Assembly: GCF_000195955.2 (NCBI RefSeq)
Contig: NC_000962.3
Span: 2,790,001-2,822,000 of the forward strand
Source of the DNA: Mycobacterium tuberculosis H37Rv
GTDB lineage: Bacteria > Actinomycetota > Actinomycetes > Mycobacteriales > Mycobacteriaceae
DNA: 32,000 nt
Direction of reading: 5' to 3'
Shown: in pieces, positions 1 to 7,466 of the stretch
How positions within the stretch are numbered: the first letter of the stretch is position 1
How the letters are laid out: the number at the start of each line of letters is the position of its first letter
The notes under the pieces: generated by a model
The model's input: only the letters and a program-made list of their open reading frames with translations
Told to the model about the DNA's origin: nothing
Database searches by the model: none
Made by a program: the position numbers and the translations under genes

Positions 1-1022
1 ATGACCGGGTCAACCTGGTTGCGGTGGTTGAAGATAAAGACGGCGGGCCGCTGGGCGGTCAGATTCTCTTTTCCGATCACATTCAGGTGCACGCCGCTGG
101 TCGCCAGCAGCAGCTGAGAGAAGGTGGAGGTAAAGAAATTCACGCCGCGGCGCCGGCTACCGGTCAGCACACCGATCCCTACCGCGCCGGCCGCGACCGG
201 GACGATGGTGCTCAGACCGGCAAGTGTCCGCAACTGCCGCCGGATGCCCACACCGCCGCGACTGTTGAACTTCAAGATCGGCCAGCCCCGTCGCTTGGCG
301 ACCGCGGCCATCTTTCCTTCCGGATTGGTCGGTCGCGGATTGCCCACCAGATACATCAGGGCGACGTCCTCGTCACCGTCGGCATAGAAGTAACTGTCTT
401 TGAGATCGATGTCGTGCTCGGCCGCAAAGCGTTGCACCGCAGTGGCTTTGCCCGGACACCACAAAATTGGCTTCAGCACACCCCCGGTGAGTATCCCGTC
501 CTCGTTGGTCTCGAACTTGTTGGTGAGCATGTTGTTGATCCCCAGAAAACGTGCGACTGGGCCAACTTGGATGGTCAGCGCCGACGAGCTGAGGACCACG
601 GTGTGGCCGCGGGCCACGTGAGCCCGGACCAGTTCCCGCATTTCCGGGTAGATCCGGGACTCGATCCGCTGGGCGAATAGCCGCTCGCCGATTTCTTCCA
701 GGTCGGTCAAGAGCCGCCCGGCCAGCGCCGCGGCGGCCTTTCCGATAAGGTCTTCGAACTCGATTCGCCCGAGCGTGTGATTCAGGCCGGCCTGAACCAT
801 ACCGAGCAGCTCGCCCACGCCCATATCGCGGCGCCGCAGCCTCTCCTGGGTGAGGATGACGGCCGTGAAGCCGGCGACCAGCGTGCCGTCCAGGTCGAAA
901 AACGCACCGACCTTCGGGCCGGCAGGACTGGCCAGAATCTCGGCTACCGAACCGGGTAGGCGCAAATCCGGCGCCGACTTCCGCGTCGCCCGCTCTTCCC
1001 CCTGCTCGTCAGCGGCGCTCAT
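1..1022 (-). CDS. plsC: HAD-type phosphatase / 1-acyl-sn-glycerol-3-phosphate acyltransferase fusion protein; first 340 codons only (gene continues past window start)
   Basis: Absent from the ORF track because its stop lies outside the window. Hand translation of the minus strand from ATG (1022-1020) is stop-free to base 1: MSAADEQGEERATRKSAPDL...KVGAFFDLDGTLVAGF (HAD DxDGT motif)...QRPAVFIFNHRNQVDPV (acyltransferase H-X4-D motif near bases 3-40). The ATG overlaps the upstream stop (ATGA, 1019-1022). Matches my memory of Rv2483c. Confidence 0.85.
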   Translation of the reverse strand, partial: MSAADEQGEERATRKSAPDLRLPGSVAEILASPAGPKVGAFFDLDGTLVAGFTAVILTQERLRRRDMGVGELLGMVQAGLNHTLGRIEFEDLIGKAAAALAGRLLTDLEEIGERLFAQRIESRIYPEMRELVRAHVARGHTVVLSSSALTIQVGPVARFLGINNMLTNKFETNEDGILTGGVLKPILWCPGKATAVQRFAAEHDIDLKDSYFYADGDEDVALMYLVGNPRPTNPEGKMAAVAKRRGWPILKFNSRGGVGIRRQLRTLAGLSTIVPVAAGAVGIGVLTGSRRRGVNFFTSTFSQLLLATSGVHLNVIGKENLTAQRPAVFIFNHRNQVDPV

Positions 1023-2494
1023 GAGCCCGACACCGATCGAGGCACTGAACCGGCTCCTTGAGTATCGAACGACGCCGGCAGCACACGCGGTGCCGGACCA
1101 CCGGCCAGCGCAAGGATTTCGTCGAAACCCGCCTGCAGGCATTGAGCGAACAACTCGTCGTTTCGCACCGACGCCCTGTCGTAGCGCACCGTGACGGTGC
1201 ACCACCCGCCCCGGGAAATTAGCACTACCATCATCGCCACACCGGGCAACGGTCCAATACCGTACTGCCGCAGTATCTTCGCGCCGGCAAGGTAGGTATC
1301 CCCTGGGTAGACCGGAACATTGCTGGCTTGCACATCGGAACCGATCACCGAACCGGTGATCCCCTCCAGCACGGCCGTCGGCAAGACACTCAGCACCGGT
1401 GCAATGGAACCGATGATGTTCATCGCGGGCTCGTCGCGACGCTGGGTCATCTGCGCCCGGATCTTCTTCATCCGAGCCACCGGATCGATAGTGCCCACCG
1501 GCGCCGCCAGGTTGACACCGGTGAACTGGTTGCCGCCGGCCGCATCGCCCTCGGCCCGCAGGTTGACCGGCACCGCCATCGGCAGCGTGCTGATCGGCAC
1601 GCCCAGGGCCTCGTGGTAGCGGCGCAGCGCGCCACACAGACCCGCAAGGTAGGCGTCGTTGATCGACCCGCCGCCGGCCTTTGCGGCCTTGTGCAGGTCG
1701 GCGAGCCGGATGTCGATGGCCTCGGTACGGGTGGTCAGGCTGCGCCGGCGCAGTAGGGGTGAGGGTTCAGCAGCTCGGTTCAGCACCCGGATGCCCGACC
1801 TGGCGTAGCCCAAGATCCCCGACACGGTGGACACCGGTTCCAGAACAGCCCGCCCGGCCATCGATACCGCCCCGGACAGCGCGTCCAGGACACCGCCGAC
1901 GACAGCAATTGGCAGGTGGTTGATGCCCCGGCGCATCAGGTCATTGGGGGACAGATCCTCCGGAATGGGTTGCGGCGGCGTCGACCTAGGTGGTGGATCG
2001 CGCTCGAGGTCATAGATCTGCGCGAACATCTCCACGCCGCCGACACCGTCGGTGACCGCATGGCTGACGTGCAGCAGCATCGCCGCTCTGCCGTCAGCCA
2101 TACCCTCCACCAGGGTGGCCGTCCACAGCGGGCGCGATATGTCCAGCGGCGACTGCAGAATCACCTCGGCGAGATCGAGCACTTCGCGCAACGTGGCGGG
2201 TCCGGACACACGCACCCGACGCACATGGAAGTCCAGATTGAAGTCCGGATCCACCACCCAGCGCGGGGCCGCGGTCGGCAAGGTCGGCACCACCACCTTC
2301 TGCCGCAGCCGCAACACCCGTCGCGAGGCGTTTTCGAATCGGGTCCGGAAGCGATCCCAGTCCGGCGTGCCGTCCAGCAGTTCCAGCGCCATGATCCCCG
2401 AACGAGTCCGCGGATTTGCCTCGCCCCGATGCATCAAATAGTCGACCGGCCCAAGCTCGTCGGACAACCTGGGGGACTCGCCGGACTCAGCCAT
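1019..2494 (-). CDS. Wax-ester synthase / diacylglycerol acyltransferase (WS/DGAT, Tgs-type) family protein
   Basis: ORF 1019..2533. The internal ATG at 2494 (MAESGESPRLSDELGPVDY, 491 codons) is preferred over TTG 2533. Active-site block LLHVSHAVTDGVGG corresponds to the WS/DGAT HHxxxDG motif. Size and C-terminal half are typical of mycobacterial Tgs proteins (Rv2484c by memory). Confidence 0.85.
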   Translation of the reverse strand: MAESGESPRLSDELGPVDYLMHRGEANPRTRSGIMALELLDGTPDWDRFRTRFENASRRVLRLRQKVVVPTLPTAAPRWVVDPDFNLDFHVRRVRVSGPATLREVLDLAEVILQSPLDISRPLWTATLVEGMADGRAAMLLHVSHAVTDGVGGVEMFAQIYDLERDPPPRSTPPQPIPEDLSPNDLMRRGINHLPIAVVGGVLDALSGAVSMAGRAVLEPVSTVSGILGYARSGIRVLNRAAEPSPLLRRRSLTTRTEAIDIRLADLHKAAKAGGGSINDAYLAGLCGALRRYHEALGVPISTLPMAVPVNLRAEGDAAGGNQFTGVNLAAPVGTIDPVARMKKIRAQMTQRRDEPAMNIIGSIAPVLSVLPTAVLEGITGSVIGSDVQASNVPVYPGDTYLAGAKILRQYGIGPLPGVAMMVVLISRGGWCTVTVRYDRASVRNDELFAQCLQAGFDEILALAGGPAPRVLPASFDTQGAGSVPRSVSGS

Positions 2495-2722
2495 GGCCAC
2501 GACCCCGCGCGGGTTGGGCAACTCGACGCACAAACTCTGTCACCGCCGATCAGACCTCCTGCTTCAAACCCGCCACCGCCACGCACCACAGTGCCAACAC
2601 AACGCTAGTCGCGATGACGCGGTGGTGAAAGCCGATGCGGGCCATGATCCACCCGCAGCACCGATGCCGCGGCCACGACCGACGAAACCTCGTGTTGGGC
2701 AGCCGAGTTGGAACGGCCAAGC

Positions 2723-3988
2723 TCAGCTGGCCGGAGGTGACGACAGCGCCAGCGAACCCTTGCGAGCACCCATCCGTCGCCCGTAGATCACACCCAAGAA
2801 GTCCGAGACCGCTTCGGCGACCATCCGCGATCGGACCGTGGCGGCGAGGTCGAACGCGTGGTGGGCGTTGGGGAGCTCAGCGTAGGACACCGTCGCGGCA
2901 CCCGCGTCGCGCAGCGCCGCGCTGAAGGCGCGAGATTGCGCGCTCGGCACCATCGGATCCTTCTCACCGTGCAACACGAAGAACGGCGGAGCCTCGCTGT
3001 GGACGTACGAAATCGGCGACGCCGCCTTGAACAGCCCCGGGTTGTCGACGTAGCGGCTACGCATCACGAAGTGCTCCAGGAACGGCATCATCATTTCGTG
3101 CATATTCTCGGCGTTGGTGAGGTCGTAGACGCCGTAGTAGGGCGCCGCGGCTTGTACCGCCGTGTCGGCGCTTTCGAAGCCCGGCTGCAGCGCCGGATCA
3201 TTCGCCGAAAGCGCGGCCAACGCGGCCAGGTGCGCACCGGCGGACCCGCCGGTGATCGTGATGAAATCCGGATCGCCGCCATAGTCGGCGATGTTCTCGC
3301 GAACCCACGCAATCGCCCTCTTCACGTCCACAATGTGCGCCGGCCACGTGCACCGTGGGCTCTTGCTGTAGTTGATCGACACACAGATCCAGCCGAGTTC
3401 CACCATCCGGCTCATCAACGGGTAAGCCTGAGGGCGTTTGCCGTTGATGGTCCACGCCCCGCCCGGGACCTGGATGAGGACCGGAGCCCGGCGGCCGGGC
3501 GCTAAATCGGGACGCCGCCAGATGTCGAGTAGATTCTCGCGGCCGCCGGGCCCGTACGGGATGTCGGAGGTCTGGGCCGCATAGCGGCGATGGGGTCCGG
3601 GAATGTGCGGTAGGTTCAGCAGCCCGCTGCGCCGGGCAGCCTCTGACTGTTCGCCGGTCGGATGCCACACTAGGTCACGGAAATCCGGGCCGAAAGCGTC
3701 CACGAGCGCCGCGTGCAGGATTTGATCCGCCCGCTGCGCCGCCCAGCTGGTGCCAAACCGGCCGATCGAGCGTGGTGATATGCGGGACAGCGCGTGGCCG
3801 GTGACGACGCGGGCCGGAAACTCCGCGGACAACCATCCTGCGACCCAACCGATGGCGCACGGTGATCCACGCAGCAGCAGGGCGCCGGCCCGGCAGGTGT
3901 CTCTGGCGTCGGCCGCCAGCTGCGCTCCCTGGCGCAATGCCTCGGCGCCGGCCCGCGAGCACCGCGAAGTCACGCTGGCGATGTGCAT
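2723..3988 (-). CDS. lipQ: alpha/beta-hydrolase carboxylesterase/lipase
   Basis: ORF 2723..4000. ATG 3988 (MHIASVTSRC, 421 codons) is preferred; GTG 4000 is possible. Motifs: VLIQVPGGAW (oxyanion-hole region), ITGGSAGAHL (GxSxG nucleophile elbow), FFVLHGEKDPMV, NAHHAFD. Confidence 0.85.
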   Translation of the reverse strand: MHIASVTSRCSRAGAEALRQGAQLAADARDTCRAGALLLRGSPCAIGWVAGWLSAEFPARVVTGHALSRISPRSIGRFGTSWAAQRADQILHAALVDAFGPDFRDLVWHPTGEQSEAARRSGLLNLPHIPGPHRRYAAQTSDIPYGPGGRENLLDIWRRPDLAPGRRAPVLIQVPGGAWTINGKRPQAYPLMSRMVELGWICVSINYSKSPRCTWPAHIVDVKRAIAWVRENIADYGGDPDFITITGGSAGAHLAALAALSANDPALQPGFESADTAVQAAAPYYGVYDLTNAENMHEMMMPFLEHFVMRSRYVDNPGLFKAASPISYVHSEAPPFFVLHGEKDPMVPSAQSRAFSAALRDAGAATVSYAELPNAHHAFDLAATVRSRMVAEAVSDFLGVIYGRRMGARKGSLALSSPPAS

Positions 3989-4035
3989 AACAAAGCCCAC
4001 CCCTCGACGTCAGGCACACGCATCGTTGCGGTAAA

Positions 4036-4057
4036 CGGCTGGTTGCCAGCCGGTTTT
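4036..4057. terminator. Orphan terminator-like hairpin (7-bp GC stem, 3-nt loop) followed by a T-tract
   Basis: CGGCTGG(4036-4042) TTG CCAGCCG(4046-4052) followed by GTTTTGT on the plus strand. On the minus strand the same stem is followed by TTTAC. It lies in the divergent lipQ/tRNA spacer with no co-oriented gene upstream on the plus strand. Confidence 0.3.
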
Positions 4058-4175
4058 GTACGTGTGTCGAGGATCACACAATAACCAATAATTGACGTGG
4101 CGGTAGACCTTTCGCGCGTGTGGCGTCTGGAAAAATTCCTCGACGGCCACCGTTAGATAAACTGACCTGCGCATC

Positions 4176-4249
4176 GCCTCCGTAGCTCAGGTGGATAGAG
4201 CAAGGGCCTTCTAATCCCTAGGTCGCACGTTCGAGTCGTGCCGGGGGCA
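4176..4249 (+). tRNA. tRNA-Arg (anticodon TCT/UCU)
   Basis: 74-nt cloverleaf folded by hand. Acceptor GCCTCCG/CGGGGGC (one G-U). D arm GCTC-AGGTGGATA-GAGC. Anticodon arm AGGGC-CTTCTAA-TCCCT (anticodon TCT; pair 31-39 is a C/T mismatch). Variable AGGTC. T arm GCACG-TTCGAGT-CGTGC. Discriminator A. 3' CCA is not encoded. Confidence 0.9.
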
Positions 4250-4349
4250 CTGTGGAAATAGCAGGTCAGCATGGTGGCGTGGCTTGACACCGCCTCGTTA
4301 TGGGTCGACGCCCAGAGTCGCCTTCAAACTCAAACCACGGAGGTGCCCG

Positions 4350-5120
4350 ATGGCCCAATACGACCCGGTCTTGCTCAGCGTCGACAAGCACGTTGCGCTC
4401 ATCACGGTCAACGACCCGGACCGACGGAACGCCGTCACCGACGAGATGTCGGCGCAGTTGCGTGCGGCGATCCAACGCGCCGAAGGCGACCCCGACGTAC
4501 ACGCCGTAGTCGTGACCGGGGCGGGCAAGGCCTTCTGCGCCGGGGCCGACCTGAGTGCGCTGGGCGCCGGGGTCGGCGATCCAGCCGAGCCGAGATTGTT
4601 ACGGCTCTACGACGGTTTCATGGCCGTCAGTAGTTGTAATCTGCCCACCATCGCCGCGGTCAACGGCGCGGCTGTGGGCGCCGGACTCAATCTGGCGTTG
4701 GCCGCCGATGTGCGCATCGCCGGACCGGCCGCATTGTTCGACGCCCGCTTCCAAAAGCTGGGACTGCATCCAGGTGGCGGCGCAACCTGGATGCTGCAGC
4801 GAGCGGTGGGTCCGCAGGTCGCCCGTGCGGCCTTATTGTTCGGCATGTGCTTCGACGCCGAATCCGCTGTGCGGCACGGCTTGGCGCTAATGGTTGCCGA
4901 CGATCCCGTCACCGCGGCGCTGGAGCTGGCCGCCGGGCCCGCAGCCGCCCCGCGCGAGGTCGTGCTGGCGAGCAAAGCCACCATGCGCGCCACAGCCAGC
5001 CCCGGATCGCTGGACCTTGAGCAACACGAACTCGCCAAACGCTTAGAACTTGGGCCGCAGGCGAAATCGGTCCAGTCGCCCGAGTTCGCCGCTCGCTTGG
5101 CTGCCGCTCAACACAGGTAG
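4350..5120 (+). CDS. echA14: Crotonase-superfamily (enoyl-CoA hydratase/isomerase-like) protein
   Basis: ORF 4284..5120. ATG 4350 ([11 protein letters not shown], 256 codons) is preceded by GGAGG at 4339-4343. Crotonase oxyanion-hole motif [15 protein letters not shown] and [23 protein letters not shown]. Confidence 0.9.
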
Positions 5121-5182
5121 CGCCTACCAGCCTCGAGGGTTTCCATGGCGTGCCCCAGTCCGAAGCTGCTGCTGCTTGACTC

Positions 5183-5205
5183 CGCGCGCTGGGCCCGAGC
5201 GCGCG
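5183..5205. terminator. Candidate bidirectional hairpin between convergent echA14 and PE_PGRS42
   Basis: CGCGCGCT(5183-5190) GGGCCCG AGCGCGCG(5198-5205): 8-bp perfect stem, 7-nt loop, 63 nt after the echA14 stop. Followed by CTGTTGT on plus, so no real U-tract. Confidence 0.3.
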
Positions 5206-5300
5206 CTGTTGTACGGCCCAAACGGCGTGTCGGTGTACAGTCGCGCGCTCGCGGCTTCAGTCCGGCCCCCCGACTCCGGCAGGCCCGACGGCGCCCAGCG

Positions 5301-7385
5301 CTAGCCGGGCGCGCCGGCCATGCCTTCGGTGCCGGAAACGCCAGGGGACCCGGGGCCGTTGGTGAGGCCCCCCGCGCCTGCCTCACCGCCGCTACCGCCC
5401 GCGCCACCGGCACCGCCTGCGCCGCCCGCGCCACCGATACCGTCAGCGCCGCTGACTCCTGCGGCACCGCTGAGGAACCCTCCGGACCCACCCGCACCGC
5501 CGGCAATACCGCCAGCGCCACCGTTACCGCCGTTTGCGCCGTTGCCCCCGTTGCCGCCCGTCCCGCCGGCCCCGCCGATGGAGTTCTCATCGCCAAAAGT
5601 ACTGGCGTTGCCACCGGAGCCGCCGTTGCCGCCGTCACCGCCAGCCCCGCCGACTCCACCGGCCCCACCGACTCCGCCGCTGCCACCGTTGCCGCCGTTG
5701 CCGATCAACATGCCGCTGGCGCCACCCTTGCCACCCACGCCACCGGCTCCGCCCACCCCGCCGACACCAAGCGAGCTGCCGCCGGAGCCACCATCACCAC
5801 CTACGCCACCGACCGCCCAGACACCAGCGACCGGGTCTTCGTGAAACGTCGCGGTGCCACCACCGCCGCCGTTACCGCCAACCCCACCGGCAACGCCGGC
5901 GCCGCCATCCCCGCCGGCCCCGGCGTTGCCGCCGTTGCCGCCGTTGCCGAACAACAACCCGCCGGCGCCGCCGTTGCCGCCCGCGCCGCCGGTCCCGCCG
6001 GCGCCGCCGACGCCAAGGCCGCTGCCGCCCTTGCCGCCATCACCACCCTTGCCGCCGACCACATCGGGTTCTGCCTCGGGGTCTGGGCTGTCAAACCTCG
6101 CGATGCCAGCGTTGCCGCCGCTTCCCCCGGGCCCCCCCGTGGCGCCGTCACCACCGATACCACCCGCGCCACCGGCGCCACCGTTGCCGCCATCACCGAA
6201 TAGCAACCCGCCGGCGCCACCATTGCCGCCAGCTCCCCCTGCGCCACCGTCGGCGCCGGAGGCGGCACTGGCAGCCCCGTTACCACCGAAACCGCCGCTA
6301 CCACCGGTAGAGGTGGCAGTGGCGATGTGTACGAAAGCGCCGCCTCCGGCGCCGCCGCTACCACCCCCACTGCCGGCGGCTACACCGTCGGACCCGTTGC
6401 CACCATCACCGCCAAAGGCGCTCGCAATGTCGCCCTGCGCGACTCCGCCGTCGCCGCCGTTGCCGCCGCCGCCACCGGCAGCGGCGGTACCGCCGTCACC
6501 ACCGGCACCGCCGGTGGCCTTGCCCGAGCCTGCCGTCGCGGTGGCACCGTCGCCGCCGGTGCCACCGGTCGGCGTGCCGGCAGTGCCATGGCCGCCCGTG
6601 CCGCCGTCGCCGCCGGTTTGATCACCGATGCCGGACACATCTGCCGGGCTGTCCCCGGTGCTGGCCGCGGGGCCGGGCGTGGGATTGACCCCGTTTGCCC
6701 CGGCGAGGCCGGCGCCGCCGGTACCACCGGCGCCGCCATGGCCGAACAGCCCGGCGTTGCCGCCGTTACCGCCCGCACCCCCGATGCCTGCGGCCACGCT
6801 GGTGCCGCCGACACCGCCGTTGCCGCCGTTGCCCCACAACCACCCCCCGTTCCCACCGGCACCGCCGGCCGCGCCGGTACCACCGGCCCCGCCGTTGCCG
6901 CCGTTGCCGATCAACCCGGCCGCGCCTCCGCTGCCGCCGGTTTGACCGAACCCGCCAGCCGCGCCGTTGCCACCGTTGCCAAACAGCAACCCGCCGGCCG
7001 CGCCAGGCTGCCCGGGTGCCGTCCCGTCGGCGCCGTTTCCGATCAACGGGCGCCCCAAAAGCGCCTCGGTGGGCGCATTCACCGCACCCAGCAGACTCCG
7101 CTCAACAGCGGCCTCAGTGCTGGCATACCGACCCGCGGCCGCAGTCAACGCCTGCACAAACTGCTCGTGAAACGCTGCCACCTGTACGCTGAGCGCCTGA
7201 TACTGCCGAGCATGGGCCCCGAACAACCCCGCAATCGCCGCCGACACTTCATCGGCAGCCGCAGCCACCACTTCCGTCGTCGGCATCGCCGCGGCCGCAT
7301 TAGCCGCGCTCACCTGCGAACCAATACTCGCTAAATCCAAAGCCGCAGTTGCCAGCAGCTGCGGCGTCGCGATCACCAACGACAC
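5301..7385 (-). CDS. PE_PGRS42: PE_PGRS family protein (PE domain plus Gly-Gly-Ala/Asn repeat region), 694 codons
   Basis: ORF 5301..7385. GTG start preceded by GGGAGG. N-terminal PE domain [52 protein letters not shown]...; linker [11 protein letters not shown]; then about 590 aa of GGAGGxGG repeats. Confidence 0.95.
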   Translation of the reverse strand: MSLVIATPQLLATAALDLASIGSQVSAANAAAAMPTTEVVAAAADEVSAAIAGLFGAHARQYQALSVQVAAFHEQFVQALTAAAGRYASTEAAVERSLLGAVNAPTEALLGRPLIGNGADGTAPGQPGAAGGLLFGNGGNGAAGGFGQTGGSGGAAGLIGNGGNGGAGGTGAAGGAGGNGGWLWGNGGNGGVGGTSVAAGIGGAGGNGGNAGLFGHGGAGGTGGAGLAGANGVNPTPGPAASTGDSPADVSGIGDQTGGDGGTGGHGTAGTPTGGTGGDGATATAGSGKATGGAGGDGGTAAAGGGGGNGGDGGVAQGDIASAFGGDGGNGSDGVAAGSGGGSGGAGGGAFVHIATATSTGGSGGFGGNGAASAASGADGGAGGAGGNGGAGGLLFGDGGNGGAGGAGGIGGDGATGGPGGSGGNAGIARFDSPDPEAEPDVVGGKGGDGGKGGSGLGVGGAGGTGGAGGNGGAGGLLFGNGGNGGNAGAGGDGGAGVAGGVGGNGGGGGTATFHEDPVAGVWAVGGVGGDGGSGGSSLGVGGVGGAGGVGGKGGASGMLIGNGGNGGSGGVGGAGGVGGAGGDGGNGGSGGNASTFGDENSIGGAGGTGGNGGNGANGGNGGAGGIAGGAGGSGGFLSGAAGVSGADGIGGAGGAGGAGGAGGSGGEAGAGGLTNGPGSPGVSGTEGMAGAPG
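5597..6335 (-). repeat. 249-bp (83-codon) higher-order repeat inside the PGRS domain of PE_PGRS42
   Basis: Non-glycine punctuation motifs start with Phe codons whose first bases are at 5597 (FGDENS), 5846 ([10 protein letters not shown]), 6095 ([11 protein letters not shown]) and 6335 (FVHIATATS). Offsets are 249, 249 and 240 bp. Each block repeats GG.GGDGG.GGS.LGVGG...[10 protein letters not shown]. Confidence 0.7.
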
Positions 7386-7466
7386 CTCGCACCTCCCGAT
7401 ACCCCATATCGCCGCACCGTGTCCCCAGCGGCCACGTGACCTTTGGTCGCTGGCTGGCGGCCCTGA

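Noticed and set aside
24-680. Plus-strand ORFs at the window start (24..680, 124..387, 400..621, 850..1194)
   Set aside because: They are antisense to a stop-free minus-strand frame with clear HAD and acyltransferase motifs (plsC). Long spurious ORFs are expected in high-GC DNA.
4158-4163. TAAACT as the -10 box of the tRNA-Arg promoter (it would start transcription a few nt before the mature 5' end); also TTGACG at 4092-4097 as a -35
   Set aside because: The hexamer fits TANNNT but has no convincing -35 at the right spacing. The TTGACG has no -10 partner 16-18 bp downstream. It is too weak to list as a feature.
5320-7334. Many long plus-strand ORFs antisense to PE_PGRS42 (Pro-, Arg- or Ala-rich, e.g. 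5320..5844, 5854..6621, 6327..7334)
   Set aside because: They are the reverse-complement reading of GGC/GCC-type glycine-alanine repeats (GGN read backwards gives NCC, i.e. Pro/Ala/Thr/Ser). The sequence is low-complexity with no start context. The minus-strand PE_PGRS frame explains the DNA.
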